Numbered from the stretch's first letter, positions 12,626 through 25,275 are shown. The stretch is 64,000 nucleotides of DNA from Felis catus (GCF_018350175.1 NC_058368.1:2728001-2792000); one strand, 5' to 3'. Notes: generated from the letters alone by a model not told the origin. Numbers and translations are program-made.

Positions 12626-13056
12626 CAGTGGCCCAGTGGTCTGTGTTTGAGAAACCCTCCAGGTGATTCTGATGCGGCTCAAGTGTGAGAACCAGTGAGG
12701 TTAAGTTTTCGCCGCTAGCCTCACAATACAGTCGGGCTGGAAAGTGGTGAGAAATGCAGGCTTTTGGGCCCTGCCCAGACCCTCCAAATCAAGCACGTTG
12801 TGGCTGGAACCCCCCAATCTGGTTTAACAATCTCCCCGGGTGACTTCAGATGCACACTGATGTTTGAGGTCTTCTAGTCTAGACCATTGTTTCCCAAAAT
12901 TCTATGTGCATAAGGATCACCTGTGAATCTTGTTAAAATGTCGTTTTTATTCTGTAGGTGTGGGATAGGACCTGAGCGATTGCCTTTCTAACGAGTTCCA
13001 GGTGCTGCCGATGCTATGGCTCCATAGCATATGGACCACCCTTAAAGAAGTCAGGG
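12626..13056. mobile_element. Cluster of MER5-family (hAT-Charlie) MITE relics
   Basis: Repeated MER5 signatures: CCCTCCAGGTGATTCTGATGC...TGAGAACCAGTG, AGAAATGCAGGCTTTTGGGCCCTGCCCAGACC, ATCACCTGTGAATCTTGTTAAAATG, TTTCTAACGAGTTCCAGGTGCTGCCGATGCT. Confidence 0.75.
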
Positions 13057-13400
13057 TCTGAGAGATTATGGTCACTAGAAAGATACATCTTCTATTTATA
13101 TCGATAAAGTGACATCCTAAGTTAAATGTCATTCTCCTGCCTTGGCAGTGAGTGAAGATCTAAAATAAATGGCCTTCCTGAGTTAACCCGATAACACCGT
13201 GAGTTCCTGAATGTAAAAGCCCAAAGGATGTAACTCTGGTCATTGTTTGATTTCTCTGACATACAGTAGGCGCTTAATAAACGCTGCTGAAAAAATGAAT
13301 GGGGACCCCAGCGAGGTTCTCCAAGGGACCTATGCCTGAACAGTCAGGCAGCATCATTCTGTTGAATCTTTGTTTTCCTTTTTTTTTTTTTTTTTTTTAG

Positions 13401-13421
13401 CTACAAGAAGAAGGCTTTGGG
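13401..13421 (+). other. Candidate 21-nt microexon
   Basis: Long T tract ending TAG, then CTACAAGAAGAAGGCTTTGGG, then GTAAGA. Confidence 0.3.
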
Positions 13422-16205
13422 GTAAGAAAGAGGCATACACACCCCGATGACCCCAGGGCCCTGCGGAAAGAGCCAGAAGCCAGCACTAGAATCCCTCTGA
13501 GGATGCTTTTGCTGCTGTCAACACTTTACCCACTGTTTCCTCTGGCTCAAATTCACCCTTTTAATCAAATCTCATTGATTAGATGCCTCTGTGCACTCAG
13601 CACCGGTCATTTTTGCCAAATCTCTTCTCTTCCTCCAACACTTTCTTTAGTTGCAACTGAGGCAGAAACGCATTTTCTGAGGCTGGGCGGGAACCCCGTG
13701 GACAGGCAGGGGCAACCTTGTTTATAAGAGAGGCAGTAGGGACACACCCTCCACTTCCCTCCCACCGAGGTCTTTATCCCCCACTTCTCCCCCCCTCCCC
13801 CACCTCTTTGCGTTTCTGGTGCTTCGTCCGATATTCTGGATACACCGATCTTTCCTCTGCAAAACGTCTGCCAACCAACCCGTTCGTTCACTGGCTCACC
13901 CTTCCCCACTCTTGTTGGTTGGTGGGAGATGCCTAGCCTTGCGCACGAAAGGCTCACAACCCGGTGGTTCTTTCTAGCGGCCTCGCTTCTGGCTGGGAAG
14001 GTCTAGGCTGTTGGTCCGTAGCCTTCTGTCAGTCTTGGGAAAGAAAGGGTGTGGACGAATCACCTGAACGGGACGAGCGCCACCGTTTCTCACTGTGAGG
14101 ACATTGAGGCTCGCAAAAATCAGATGTGATTGGAGCCCAGTCCAGGAACTTTGGACTGTCTGCATCACTGGGAGCAGCTAGAACCCTCTTCTGGTTAGTT
14201 CCAGCCTTTGCCAGGGTGATATCAGGAGCTGTTGCTGGTGCCTCTGCGGGTCCCTCTGAGATGCCCTCTGCCTTCGTACGAATTCAGTCTGTGCAACGGC
14301 TCAATAAAATGGGATTCCGAGCTTCTAGAACTTTTGTCGAATCAGTTTGTTTTCCTAGACGTGTAGCCCTGGACTGTAAGCCTCTACTAAGACCTTATAA
14401 AAAATGAAAGAGGAACACATAAAAGTTTCATCCTTCTATGTTTTCAGGGCAGCAGATGTTTGGGTTCCACAAGACGGCCGCTAGGAAGAAATTAAGAAAA
14501 TAGCTTTTGCTCCCTCCCCTTCTCAGAAACAAACAAGCGAGCAAACAAACCCCGAAGTTGGCATGACATTCTCTGAGAAGCTGAAGGACACCAGAGGCAG
14601 GTCTTTTAAAGTTAACCCCTCCGTGTTCTGCCACGAGCCCATTTCAGCCTGGCGTGAAATTGCACGACTGCTCCCCCCGTGCTGTGACAGAACTCAGCAG
14701 GCAGGATTTGTCCCGGCCCGTTCAACTCACGGAACATCTGGCCTCTTTAGAGACAGTGGCTCGGGGCCCCTCTGACAGCTCCTCACCTGTTTCCCATATT
14801 TTCTATAACGCGTCCATAAAGCCTCCACATCAGCGTGCCAGTGAGGAAGAGAATTTAATTTCACAAGTAGAAAAATATTCTCAGGAATGTCCAGCAGTCA
14901 AATTAATCTCCTTTCAGATTTGCGGAATCGTCCTTGAAAATGTGATATGTGGACTTCCATGACTTTGTGAGTACATGCTATTAAACTCATGGCTTGATTC
15001 GGGCATGTAATGTGGTTAAATCACGGCGACTCTGTGATGCTTGAGATCCGTGGATCATAGCTTCCCTGCGTGGGCTACAAATCTTTATCTTGCGTGAGTA
15101 CATATTTCTCCCCCTTGGGTCCCGAATCGCTCTCATTTTTACCGAGCGGGAAGGGCGGGCGCATCTCTGCGGCCACACCGGGCGCTCCCCCGACTCCAGG
15201 GTCTTTTGCAGAGAGAACAAACCGATCCTCTGGCTTCCGCGTCCTCTGCAGCGCGGCCTGACAGAGGCAGAGCGCAGCCTGGTGAGGAAGCCGCGTCTCA
15301 GTCGGCTTGCGGAAGAGAGTCAAGGACAGACGTGGGACAGACGGCTCCCGCTGTGCACGCCGCCCTGCTGCTCAGTGTCCGCACCTGTGGCCGGGGCTGT
15401 GTCGGGGATGCGGGGAGCTCACCCCAAGGCCGTCTGGGGTGCAGGCCCCTTCTACCGTGCCGGCTCAGCAGCTGCCCTCCTACCCATTCGAGACCCTTCT
15501 CCGAGGTCTGCTCGTACCCCACCCGCTAGTCCCGAATTTAAAGACGGAAAGCTGGAAGGCAGGAAAAGCTGGCACCCCCTCCCCGCAAGGACTCTAAAAT
15601 GGAGGTGAGACCAACTTCCCTTCACTCCTTCCCAGAGGACTCGCATCGTTCTTGGACCTCGGCAGCAACCCAAGTGGTGTAAGTGACTTCACATGCCAAA
15701 GATAGGACTTCCAGAAAGGAAACTGACCGGGCTTTCTGCAGGGCTTCTCCCTCGTAGCTAAGCTCGCAGAATAATAACAACTCATGACTTGCTATATTTT
15801 AATTTGCCTCCTCAGCCTGCCAAGGTCAGGACTCAAGGTGAACTCCAGAACTGGTAGGTGCCAAATGTGAAGAAGCTTCTCTTACTTGGCCCCGTGTCCA
15901 CTCGGAGGACCTTTGAGGGACTTGGCCTGGCCCCTCTCCGCTGTGCCCGGACCCTTCTGCGGGGGGGGCCTGTTATTAATCCACCCCTTATTTTAAAACG
16001 TGCATCTGGTCTGGCCTCGAACAGTTGCTTCCATGCCCATTACCCCCTTTGCTGTCTGTCTGATGCAGCGGTAACGCTGAGAGTCGAGGCTGTGCTGTGA
16101 ATTCACTTTGTAGAGACTCTGGAGAGTCTCTACAGAGCGGGGGTGGCTCCCACGTTTTCTGAAGATGCTTGAAGTTAAGGTGATAAGCCCGTGATTTTTA
16201 TTTTA

Positions 16206-16455
16206 TTTTATTTTATTTTATTTTATTTTATTTTATTTTATTTATTTATTTTAACATTTATTTGTTTTTGAGACAGAGAGAGACAGAGCATGAACGGGGG
16301 AGGGTCACAGAGAGAGGGAGACACAGAATCCGAAGCAGGTTCCAGGCTCTGAGCTGTCAGCACAGAGCCCGATGCGGGACTCAAACTCACAAACCGCGAG
16401 ATCATGACCCGAGCCAAAGTCGGACGCTCAACCGACTGAGCCACCCAGGCGCCCC
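16206..16455 (-). mobile_element. Can-SINE, felid SINEC_Fc-like, full length with (TAAAA)n tail
   Basis: Reverse-complement head ...CCACCCAGGCGCCCC; TSD CCGTGATTTTTATTTTA at 16189-16205 and 16456-16472. Confidence 0.95.
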
Positions 16456-16950
16456 CCGTGATTTTTATTTTAAAGAAATGCCTTACAGGGGGTGGCATCT
16501 CTTCACCTGCTCACACCTGACGACAATCCTTCGATAACGTTTTGGCTTCGTCTGTGGCCTAAGGAAGCGTGGAGGCTGCGGAGCAGGTCGATAACCACCG
16601 AAAGGATCCCACACGCTGTTCTTGCAACAGTGATCCCCTCTCCCTGGTTCACACACAGTTTCTGTAGAGTCATTCCCTGGAAAGAAGAGTCTGGAAAATC
16701 ATCTGCTGCCTCTGGCCACCACTCCTCTGGCTCCACGGTCCCCGATCTGCGGCCACCAGCGCGATCCTCTCCCCGCGAACAACCCCTGGTCCTGTCCCCT
16801 GTCGGCCTCTGTTCAAGCCCCGCTCCGAGGCCATTCTCGGAGATTCGGTCCCCAGCCCCTGCGTCTCATGAATAGACGGCAGCCAGGTTGGGAAACAATC
16901 CGTGTCCTGGAGGGCTTGTCTTCTTCCAGACACAAGGCTGGTGTTTCTTG

Positions 16951-17220
16951 CACAAGACCACCTCCACCTACCCACCCCTACCCCCTGCTTCATTTTGACC
17001 ACGGCTTTGATGCAGGTTTTGAAGGCTTGCTTTGTTGATCCCATGCTTCTGGTTCAGTCTCATTTGGTCTCTCTCTCTATTTCCAGGGCATCAGTTCTGG
17101 AGAATTCTGAGGTTTCCCAGCCTTGGATTCCTGGACTAAGCATGATGCCTAGTGGGAACGTGGAACGTTGACCATGATAGTTTTGATTTCTGCCACTCGG
17201 TACATAAGAATTATAATTTC
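16951..17220 (+). repeat. 270-bp dispersed direct duplicate, copy 1 (partner at 25006-25275)
   Basis: Base-by-base comparison gave 268/270 identities and no indels. Confidence 0.95.
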
Positions 17221-18169
17221 TGGAATGTGGGGTTGGAGCAGCGTGCTGATCACAGGTCTTTCCCGCGTTCAGCCTGCGTTCGGATGCCCAGGTGGCCTTG
17301 GCCGGGCCTCGGCTGCCGGCCTGACCTGTGCCCCTGCCCCCCGCCCTCCTCACGGTCACGCGTGTGGACGCTTCACGGCTGCAGGACGCAGAGGCCGGAT
17401 GCTGGAATGTGTTTTTCCGGCAGCGGTGGGGCCCGTGGAACTCACTCCCTGACTGGCTCCTTCGCAAGCTTCTTTGCGCGCTCTTCGGCGAAACTCCTGC
17501 TTGGGAGGACAGACCGACCACCCGCTGGCCGCTTTGCTGGATCCGCTGTGTCTTGCCCTGCTTTTGATGGCACAGACTTCGTTAGCTCCGGGCGCCACGT
17601 TTCTGCCCTACGGTGCGTGCCGACTCAGTGACCTCCGTGCCCGTCACAAGACCTCGCCACATCTCCAAGTCCTCTACGTCTCTCAGCCTGTGCACGAGCC
17701 AGCCAGACACCGGTCGGTCCTGGCGGGACACGAGGAGTCCAACGCTCTTCCGGGGCCAGGAGGGCGCCGGCCAATCTAAAGGAGGGAATTCTCGTATCTA
17801 TTTGGAGGTCCTTCTGCGGAAGGGGGTGCGGGCAGGGAAGGGGATGTTGAATCACTGTGCAGGAATGCTAGATTCTTCTGTCTCCTGTGCCCCCAGGACT
17901 TCGTTTCAAGTCACCTCTGGTGGACGAGGAGAAGAAACGGAGCTCAAGAGGTTTCGTTTGCCGTGAAGGCTGCTTAGGTGTGCTTTGGGTAGAACCAGAT
18001 TTCCTGGTGTGCCCCCTGCCCGGGACTCCCCCCTCCCCCTCCCCCTCTCTTTCCTGGCCACCGCGGTTCTGCACGTGCTCCACGCTCTCCTCGCCCGCAG
18101 GACCTTTGCACACGCTGTCCCTCCTCTGAAGGGAGCATACGTTTTCCCTTCTTTACACCTGACCATCCC

Positions 18170-18410
18170 TGACGTATCTCATGGATTTCAACCTCCACAT
18201 CACCCTCCCCACGGAGCCTTCCCAGAGCCCCAGGCCTGGGGAGAGTGGTCCTGCTAAGGTTCCCATGGTAACCTGTGCTTCTCCGGGGTACAGTCTGCCT
18301 CTAGTTACATCTCCGATGTCCCTTCTAGCTGGATAAACTTTACTCAGGAAGGGACTTCTAGATAGTGATTGGTACATGATAGGTTTTTAAATAAATATTT
18401 GTGGGATGAC
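18170..18410 (+). mobile_element. L2 3' end fragment
   Basis: Degenerate L2 terminus ending TGGTACATGATAGGTTTTTAAATAAATATTTGT. Confidence 0.5.
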
Positions 18411-18746
18411 CGAGTGCAGGTCTGGGTTCCATTGACCCCTCCCGTCTAGACTCACTTATGCCCAAACATCTAGAAGGAGAGGGTTCTTGCAGCTAAAATT
18501 CTAGTCATAATAGCTACATCTTCTGAGCCCTTACTGTGTGCAACGAACTGTCTAAAAGCCTTTATATACATTGTAGATAAATGCGACAACATTGGAAAGG
18601 AGGCATCTGTATTTCTGGTTTTCACCGTGTCAAGCTAGCGACTGAATTTCTCTCCTAGCAAACCAGAGAAGCGCAGAGGCTTGGTGGCACGGTCCTTTGG
18701 CGTCCCTTGGCCCTAACCTAGTTTGTTAGCTCTGCCAGTAATCGAG

Positions 18747-19094
18747 TGCATCAGGCAGGATCAACTAGATCATGCTATGATAACAGCAAGCGGAGAAAAC
18801 CCCAATCTCCGTGACTCAAAACAAAAGTCTTTCTCATCCACACCTCGTCTCTGCTTCACGTAGGCGAGTTATTCTGCCTACTACAGTCACTCGGGGGCTC
18901 CTGATGGCACAGGCACCAACTCACACGTCAATGGTTCCGTCCCCGAAGAAATCACAGCATCCTGCACGGACAGTGAAATGTTCAGTTGCGTTTTATCACA
19001 GCTCTTTGGCTCTGGGTGCCCTCTTGCTCGTACCTGAAAACAAAGGGCGGACAGGCTAGTCCTCTCTACCTCCTCAGTGAGAATTAGCATCACA
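18747..19094 (-). mobile_element. Old MaLR solo LTR (MLT1K/L-like)
   Basis: CAGGATCAACTAGATCATGCT...AAAACCCCAATCTCCGTGACTCAAAACAAAAG...CAGTCACTCGGGG resembles the reverse complement of old MLT1 consensus. Confidence 0.55.
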
Positions 19095-22000
19095 CCTGGA
19101 ACGATCTCCGCAGGGATGCCAGCGTGAAGGATGACGCGGAGAGCGTGACTCTGTGTCTCCCACGGTAATCATGCACGTGATCACATCACCCGTAACACTT
19201 TCTTGGCTTGGATGAGCGATTCGTATTACTGGTAAAGGCACCTCAGCCAGGTGAAAGTTATGGCTGTGGATTAAAGGAAAAAACACAAAGCCTCTCTACC
19301 ATTCTGTCAATTCATTTCCATCCCTCGGGCCACACTGGAGTGACCTTATAACGGCAAATCTCTTGGCCGTAAGAACGAGCGGCCTCAAAATAACACTAGG
19401 GATGTCGCAATCGGAACTTGGATTGATCTGCGGCTCCGCTCATTTAGGCCAGCCGGGGACTGGCGTGTTGGTGCCGGGATGTATGGCCTGTGTTGTCATC
19501 ATCCGCGTTATTTGAAAAAAAAAAAAGCATTCAGAGCTATCATGAGATGAAGGAATTCCTGAAATTCCTGTGTTTCAGTACCAGTGGGCTCAACATTGGA
19601 AACTTTTCTGCCCTCCCATGGAACGTATCTTCTAGGAGTGGGCTTGGGGGAGGATCGGGGAAGCTGATTTATTTCTTTGGCGTACCCTATCTGTTTTTAT
19701 TCAGATATTTTGAATGCTGAAAATTTTTATATTGGTTTACTTAGTGAGTCGGTCTGACTGCTCACAGTGAATGCCTGCCATGTGCCAGGAGTTAGGGATG
19801 CAGAAACCAGTGAGCCGTGGTTTCTGCCCTCCAGGATTTCACACTGTAGTGAAGACTTAGGAAACAAGTAGACGAGAAGGGAAGGATTTCGAGGCGGCTA
19901 TTATTTTCTTTTCTGAGTGAGCGGTGGCTACTTAGGTTACACGCAGAGTAAAAAAAAAAAAAATCTGGGCCTTTTCTACTGACCCTTAGCCCTCCGACTT
20001 GAAATATTTGAGAGCGCTCTTGTGAATTCATTTGTGACATCAAAATATTTCGTTCAGTGGATGATGTACTCCTGGAGGGATCTTGGTATCCCGATGTCTC
20101 CTTAGGGCAGCTGGAACACAGTCGGCGCTCAATAGATAGCTCTGAATGAATACATGCTGAAATCAGGCACGATAGTGGGAACCAACCGGTTCCAACTGGT
20201 ACCTATTGACTGAATACCCCTGCAAGGAATGCAAAGATGAGACAGATGGCCTCCTTGTTCTCTGGGGAATAGTTTCAGTACTCATGTACTATATGTGGGT
20301 GTATTTTAAATGCACCTGTATAAATAAATAGAGGCATGTGTGTTTGTGTGTGAGTGTGCATGTGGTTGTGTACGTATGCGTGCACACCCCCAGGCCACTG
20401 AGAGGAGGCTCCATTGTGACACTCTTCACTTAAGGTCTACCTAAATGCCCCCCGCCCCCCAGGCCCCCCAGGGTCATCACACAAAGAGACGGGAACATGG
20501 AGAACCGCACCAAAGGGCTGGCTTGTCTTGGCATCTGGGGCCCCATGAGCCTTGCGGGCAGGTGGCCTGGTGTAGATCCCCACCGCTCTGTGGACCCTTT
20601 ATCCGGGGGGCCAGCTCTAATTCTGGCTTGGACAAACAAAGCAATAAACCGGGCTTACATCTAAACGTTGTACTGCAAACTCAATATTGCACCGACTCAA
20701 GTTTTTTGTTCGTGAGATATGCAAAACCCACCTGGAGGTTACGCCTTCTAAAAGAAATACCTTTGAAACCACTTGGCGTGTCTCCTTACCCTGAAGAACT
20801 CCGACCCCCGGCTGAGCCAAGTGACACGGAAGAAGGCCGGCCTTCCCTTCTCCTCTTGAGGGTTACTGGGGGACCACCAGAAAGTGGGAACTGGCGTGCA
20901 GTGAGGAAGCGTGGGTTGTCTTGTTTTCCGGATTTCCCTTATAAGGAGGGTCAGCGCAATCCTGAGCGTCAGTTACCGACAGGAGACAAATACATCCTGA
21001 AGCCGAAGCCAATGTAAAGTCATTGCTATTCTGGACGGGGCCAAACTGATAAGGAGGGCTCTTTTCTCAGAAGAATGCCTTACTGTTTGGAAGTTCACAA
21101 TCCACTCGATGGGATTAAACAGAAGAATAATAAATGATCCTTCCTTTATCCTTTGAGTATCTGCTGAAAAGATCAGCACTGAGTGGATATTGGATCCTCT
21201 TTACTTAGTTTAGACAGGTGAGGAAAAGCAACCCTGTGTCAGGGAAAATGTCACCCAAGACAAGAGCTTAGAGATGATTTCTTTCTGCTCAGGGCAGGGC
21301 TTAATGGAAGAAAAAAATCCCTGCCTCTCCCCTCTCTCGCCGGGAACCCAGGGCGTGTGTCTGCATTCCTACACGCTCTCTACTCTGTTTCTCACAGAGG
21401 CATATGGAGAATGTCTGGGGAGACACGGGAAAAACAAAGGTTCGGGGAAACGTATGTCCAAGACTCCCCCAAACGGCAGCCAATAAATCCCAAGCGGATG
21501 TGAGCCTGTGGCCCGGGAGCCCTCCGTTTCTCACGACTGATCCCACTGGTGAAACTGAGGCGGCAGGAACTCCACAACCTGGGACCGGGCAAGGGCCTTG
21601 CCTCTCGAGCCGTTGTTGGTACAGGAACGTAGGGAACTTCCTCTGAGTTAGCCACTGGTCATCCCCCGTCACTGTCCGGGGTGTGGTAGTGACGAGTGGG
21701 AAAACACTCGGAAAGTGTTGGGCCTTGCCCGGGGGCACGTGTTTCTGTCGCCACCTCGGCCCTTGGCGGCACGCCTCCCCGTTTGCCAGCCTCAGTCGTT
21801 CAATATTCCTCCCTGCCCCGCTCCCTACCCTGGCCCAAGGTGGGCAAGAGAGACTCACCTATTTGGGTTTTTGAGGAAGCATTAAAGACACGTGCACTTT
21901 TGATCGCAAAAGCCAGCAGTGCCACAGAAAACACAGAGCGCAGCTGGACAAAACGGCGTTGAGTGGGGAAGTCTGAAAAGCCAGACCCCGGCAGCACGGC

Positions 22001-22448
22001 CCCCTGCGCTTTTGATTCAATTCCAGCTTTCCTGGCCTTTGTCTTCCCTTTAAAATATCCTCGGTGGTTGCATCATGCTTTGAAGGTAATGGCTTCTCGG
22101 GACAATATCTTGAATGAGACCCCAGGCGTGACCCGGGTCGTTAACGTGATCATGCTACAATAGATTTCTTCCGTGGCCCTTTCGCAAAGTCGCTCACCAT
22201 CTCTTGAAATGGCCCGCACGGGTCATCAGCCCCGTGCTGCTGACATTTTTCTCAGGGGAGGGACACTGAGTCTTGCCACGAGGGAGGAAAGCGGCCAGGG
22301 CCCGAAAAGCATCGAGAAGGCACGGTGGGTCTTTCGTCTGTGGCACGCTGGTAAAATGCCAAGCTGTTGAACACTTTTCCCCTTGAAAACATGGAGACCG
22401 ACTGGAATACATATGGGAAAGCCTGAATTATACTTTAGATAGTACATA

Positions 22449-22612
22449 TCAGTGGGACCAACCTTTCGGTGTGTATTGAAAAAATAGAAGAACTTGTCAC
22501 ATGTGGAGATTCTAGGTCCTCTGTCTAGGGGCGTGGTATTTGTAGGACTCAGGGGAACCCAGGAATCTGCCTGTGATGCTGATGACTGTAGTCCCAGGGC
22601 TACACTTTGGGG
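22449..22612. mobile_element. MER5-like MITE relic
   Basis: GGAACCCAGGAATCTGC...GTGATGCTGATG...CACTTTG motifs. Confidence 0.5.
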
Positions 22613-24622
22613 ATTAATGGGTAAAAAGGGACAAATTATTAAAGTATGAGGCAAGTTTACATGGCATGAACGCTTGGGGGAAGAATTGTTTGTTTGGCAA
22701 ACTTGTTTCTGATTGTGTGACGGGAGAGTTCCCAAGGGTATTGCAGGTGATTGATAAGTGGTTTTCGATGGCCTTCTCCTCCGGCTCTGAGGGGGCCGCG
22801 TCATCGACGCTCATAACTGATAGGACCCCTGAGCGATTCGTGCAACCTCAGAGCATCTGAACCCAGCTTTTTGCCTCGTTATCACAAACAGCGTTAAGTC
22901 CCAGTTTTACGCCAAGGCGAGGTGCGTTGACTTTTCAGAGGAGCTGGCATGAAGCCATCGGGGGGTTTGCCGCATGGGGGGAGACCCGCTCACATGTGTC
23001 CTTTAGATGGGCTTCTCTGGCCACAGTGTGGAAGAGGTGGAGACCAGAGCCAGGAGAGGCAGCCAGCTCCTGTTGGATTCTAGGAGAGAGAGGTGAGGCA
23101 GAGCAGTGGTCGTAAGAACAGACTGGAGGGTCAGGAGGGGAAGCCCAGACATGCCTGCCCGGATATGGGGGAGGAAAGGGGCGGGGGACTGGTGACCGGC
23201 GATCTTCAGAGTGGTGTGGGGGGTGAGGAGATCAGGTGTTCCAGACAGATCGCACTGCACTGTGGGGTATCATGAGGAAGCTGCCCCACCTTCATCTTGA
23301 CCCCTAAGAGGTTTGGCTTCGGTCACAACGATCATCTTAACCTCCTTACCAGAGCCTTCCTTTCTCAGGCAGGCCACTGCGTCACCCACCCCCTTTGCTG
23401 TGGCCACCCCAGTTCATGGGGCATGTGAGGCTAACGCGTGATTTCCTTCGTCTCTCTGGGATGGCTGTCGTGCACCAGGATCACCTGCGAGTCTTATTAG
23501 TACAACAAAGACCCCCACTCCCCACCACCTGTCCAGTCCCTGGGGGACAAGATGTTTTTTGGTTCCCCAGATGACTCTCTCTCCCTTTACAAATGTACCA
23601 GGTCTTGAGGGGTCAGTCTTCTTGGCTTGGGGTAGTTTCTTCTCACTCTGGTCACTATGGAGACCAGGCCTGACCAGTCCGTGCAGAGTTGCACACAAGT
23701 CGCCTGCCCAAGAGACGTTCCTCCGTGGCGTCGCTGAGCCACGGGCAGTCCTGGTTCTGGCAGTTTGAACATCATTTGACAAAACCTGTCCTCAAGATTT
23801 ACAGTAACAAACACCTAAATGCGGGGATATTATCGGTTCTAAGGAAACATCAAGTTATGCGTTAGCGTTAGTTTGTTTGCTTACTAGGGAGAAATTTGAT
23901 GGGCACATTTCATTTTGATTCAAAATATGATAATGTCACACAGAGCGTGTGTGCTGTGAAGTTTGGCAACCTCACATGGAGAGCTTCCAATAGACGGTGT
24001 TCAAGGCAACCTCTCCCTGGGCTTTGGGATCTTCTGTCTTCCCTGGTAGACCTGGGGGAGGGGTCGCATTTGCTTGTCTTTGCGTATTGACGTGTCTTGA
24101 TGGAAGGTGTGGGGGGGGGGCTACTCTTTTAATTATGATATTCTTGTGTATGGGTTTGTGTGGTTTGTAGTTTCAGCTAACAAAGAAAAGATAAAACAAA
24201 TCAAGAGATGTTTTTCTGTTCTTGAATCTCGGGGGCACTTTAGCTGGAGGTAATTATTTTTACTGATTGGAAATACAAATATATGAATAGTATTTGGAGT
24301 TTGCTTTCCCCAAGAGAACACGAAAAGCTTTATTGCTAAGGCTTACGATGCATAACGCATCAAGGGTTCTGCTTTTTTGGCCTCCTCATGCTTCAGGTTT
24401 TGGGGCTTCTAAGGCAGGTTCAGACCCCAAGCATGTTCCCCGTGCTGGTAAGACCAGTCTCTGGGATCACCCTCCCGTCTGTCTCTGCCTGTGTCAACAA
24501 AGTCACCTTATAGGACTTGGCTCAGAGACTATCTCTTCCCTGAGACTTCCAGAGAACTCTAGCTAGAAATGATCCCTCCCTTCCTCCCAAGGCAATTCCT
24601 TCAGTCTTTTTGTTCTTGTTCC

Positions 24623-24703
24623 CTTCCTCCTCTTCCTCCTCTTCCTCCTCTTCCTCCTCTTCCTCCTCTTCCTCCTCTTCCTCCTCTTCCTCCTCTTCCT
24701 CCT
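24623..24703. repeat. (CTTCCTCCT)9 perfect 9-mer polypyrimidine repeat
   Basis: Nine exact copies counted. Confidence 0.95.
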
Positions 24704-24709
24704 CCTTAT

Positions 24710-24885
24710 TTTTCCTAGCACATTTTACCTACTAATTTTTGCCACAGTTAACTTTGAATCTTCTGGTCTAGGTGTAAGCCCCTTGAAATCAGGAACCATG
24801 CTTATTCTTTACATATTCCCCAAGTGCTAAGCTTAGTGACTTGCCTTAAGGTGAGTGATAAATAAAAATTGTTGGGTGACTGATC
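24710..24885 (+). mobile_element. L2 3' end fragment
   Basis: CTAGGTGTAAGCCCCTTGAAATCAGGAACCATG...CCCCAAGTGCTAAGC...AATAAAAATTGTTGGGTGACTGA. Confidence 0.55.
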
Positions 24886-25005
24886 AATGAATTCTCCGGT
24901 CCTTTGTTAACTCAGCAGTCACTTGTCGGGAGGGGGAAGGGCTGGAGGGCGACTTTGCCTAATAAGTCAGATGGATTCCTATGAAGCTTTTATGATGCCC
25001 CAGTT

Positions 25006-25275
25006 CACAAGACCACCTCCACCTACCCACCCCTACCCCCTGCTTCATTTTGACCATGGCTTTGATGCAGGTTTTGAAGGCTTGCTTTGTTGATCCCATG
25101 CTTCTGGTTCAGTCTCATTTGGTCTCTCTCTATATTTCCAGGGCATCAGTTCTGGAGAATTCTGAGGTTTCCCAGCCTTGGATTCCTGGACTAAGCATGA
25201 TGCCTAGTGGGAACGTGGAACGTTGACCATGATAGTTTTGATTTCTGCCACTCGGTACATAAGAATTATAATTTC
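25006..25275 (+). repeat. 270-bp dispersed direct duplicate, copy 2 (partner at 16951-17220)
   Basis: 268/270 identity to copy 1. Confidence 0.95.

Noticed and set aside
14918..14966. 49-nt plus-strand exon candidate (CTCCTTTCAG...GTGAGT)
   Set aside because: Weak donor context (TTT|GT), frame-shifting length and no independent evidence.
24623..24703. Poly-Glu coding exon on the minus strand
   Set aside because: No start or splice context, flanked by stops and L2 sequence; a simple repeat.
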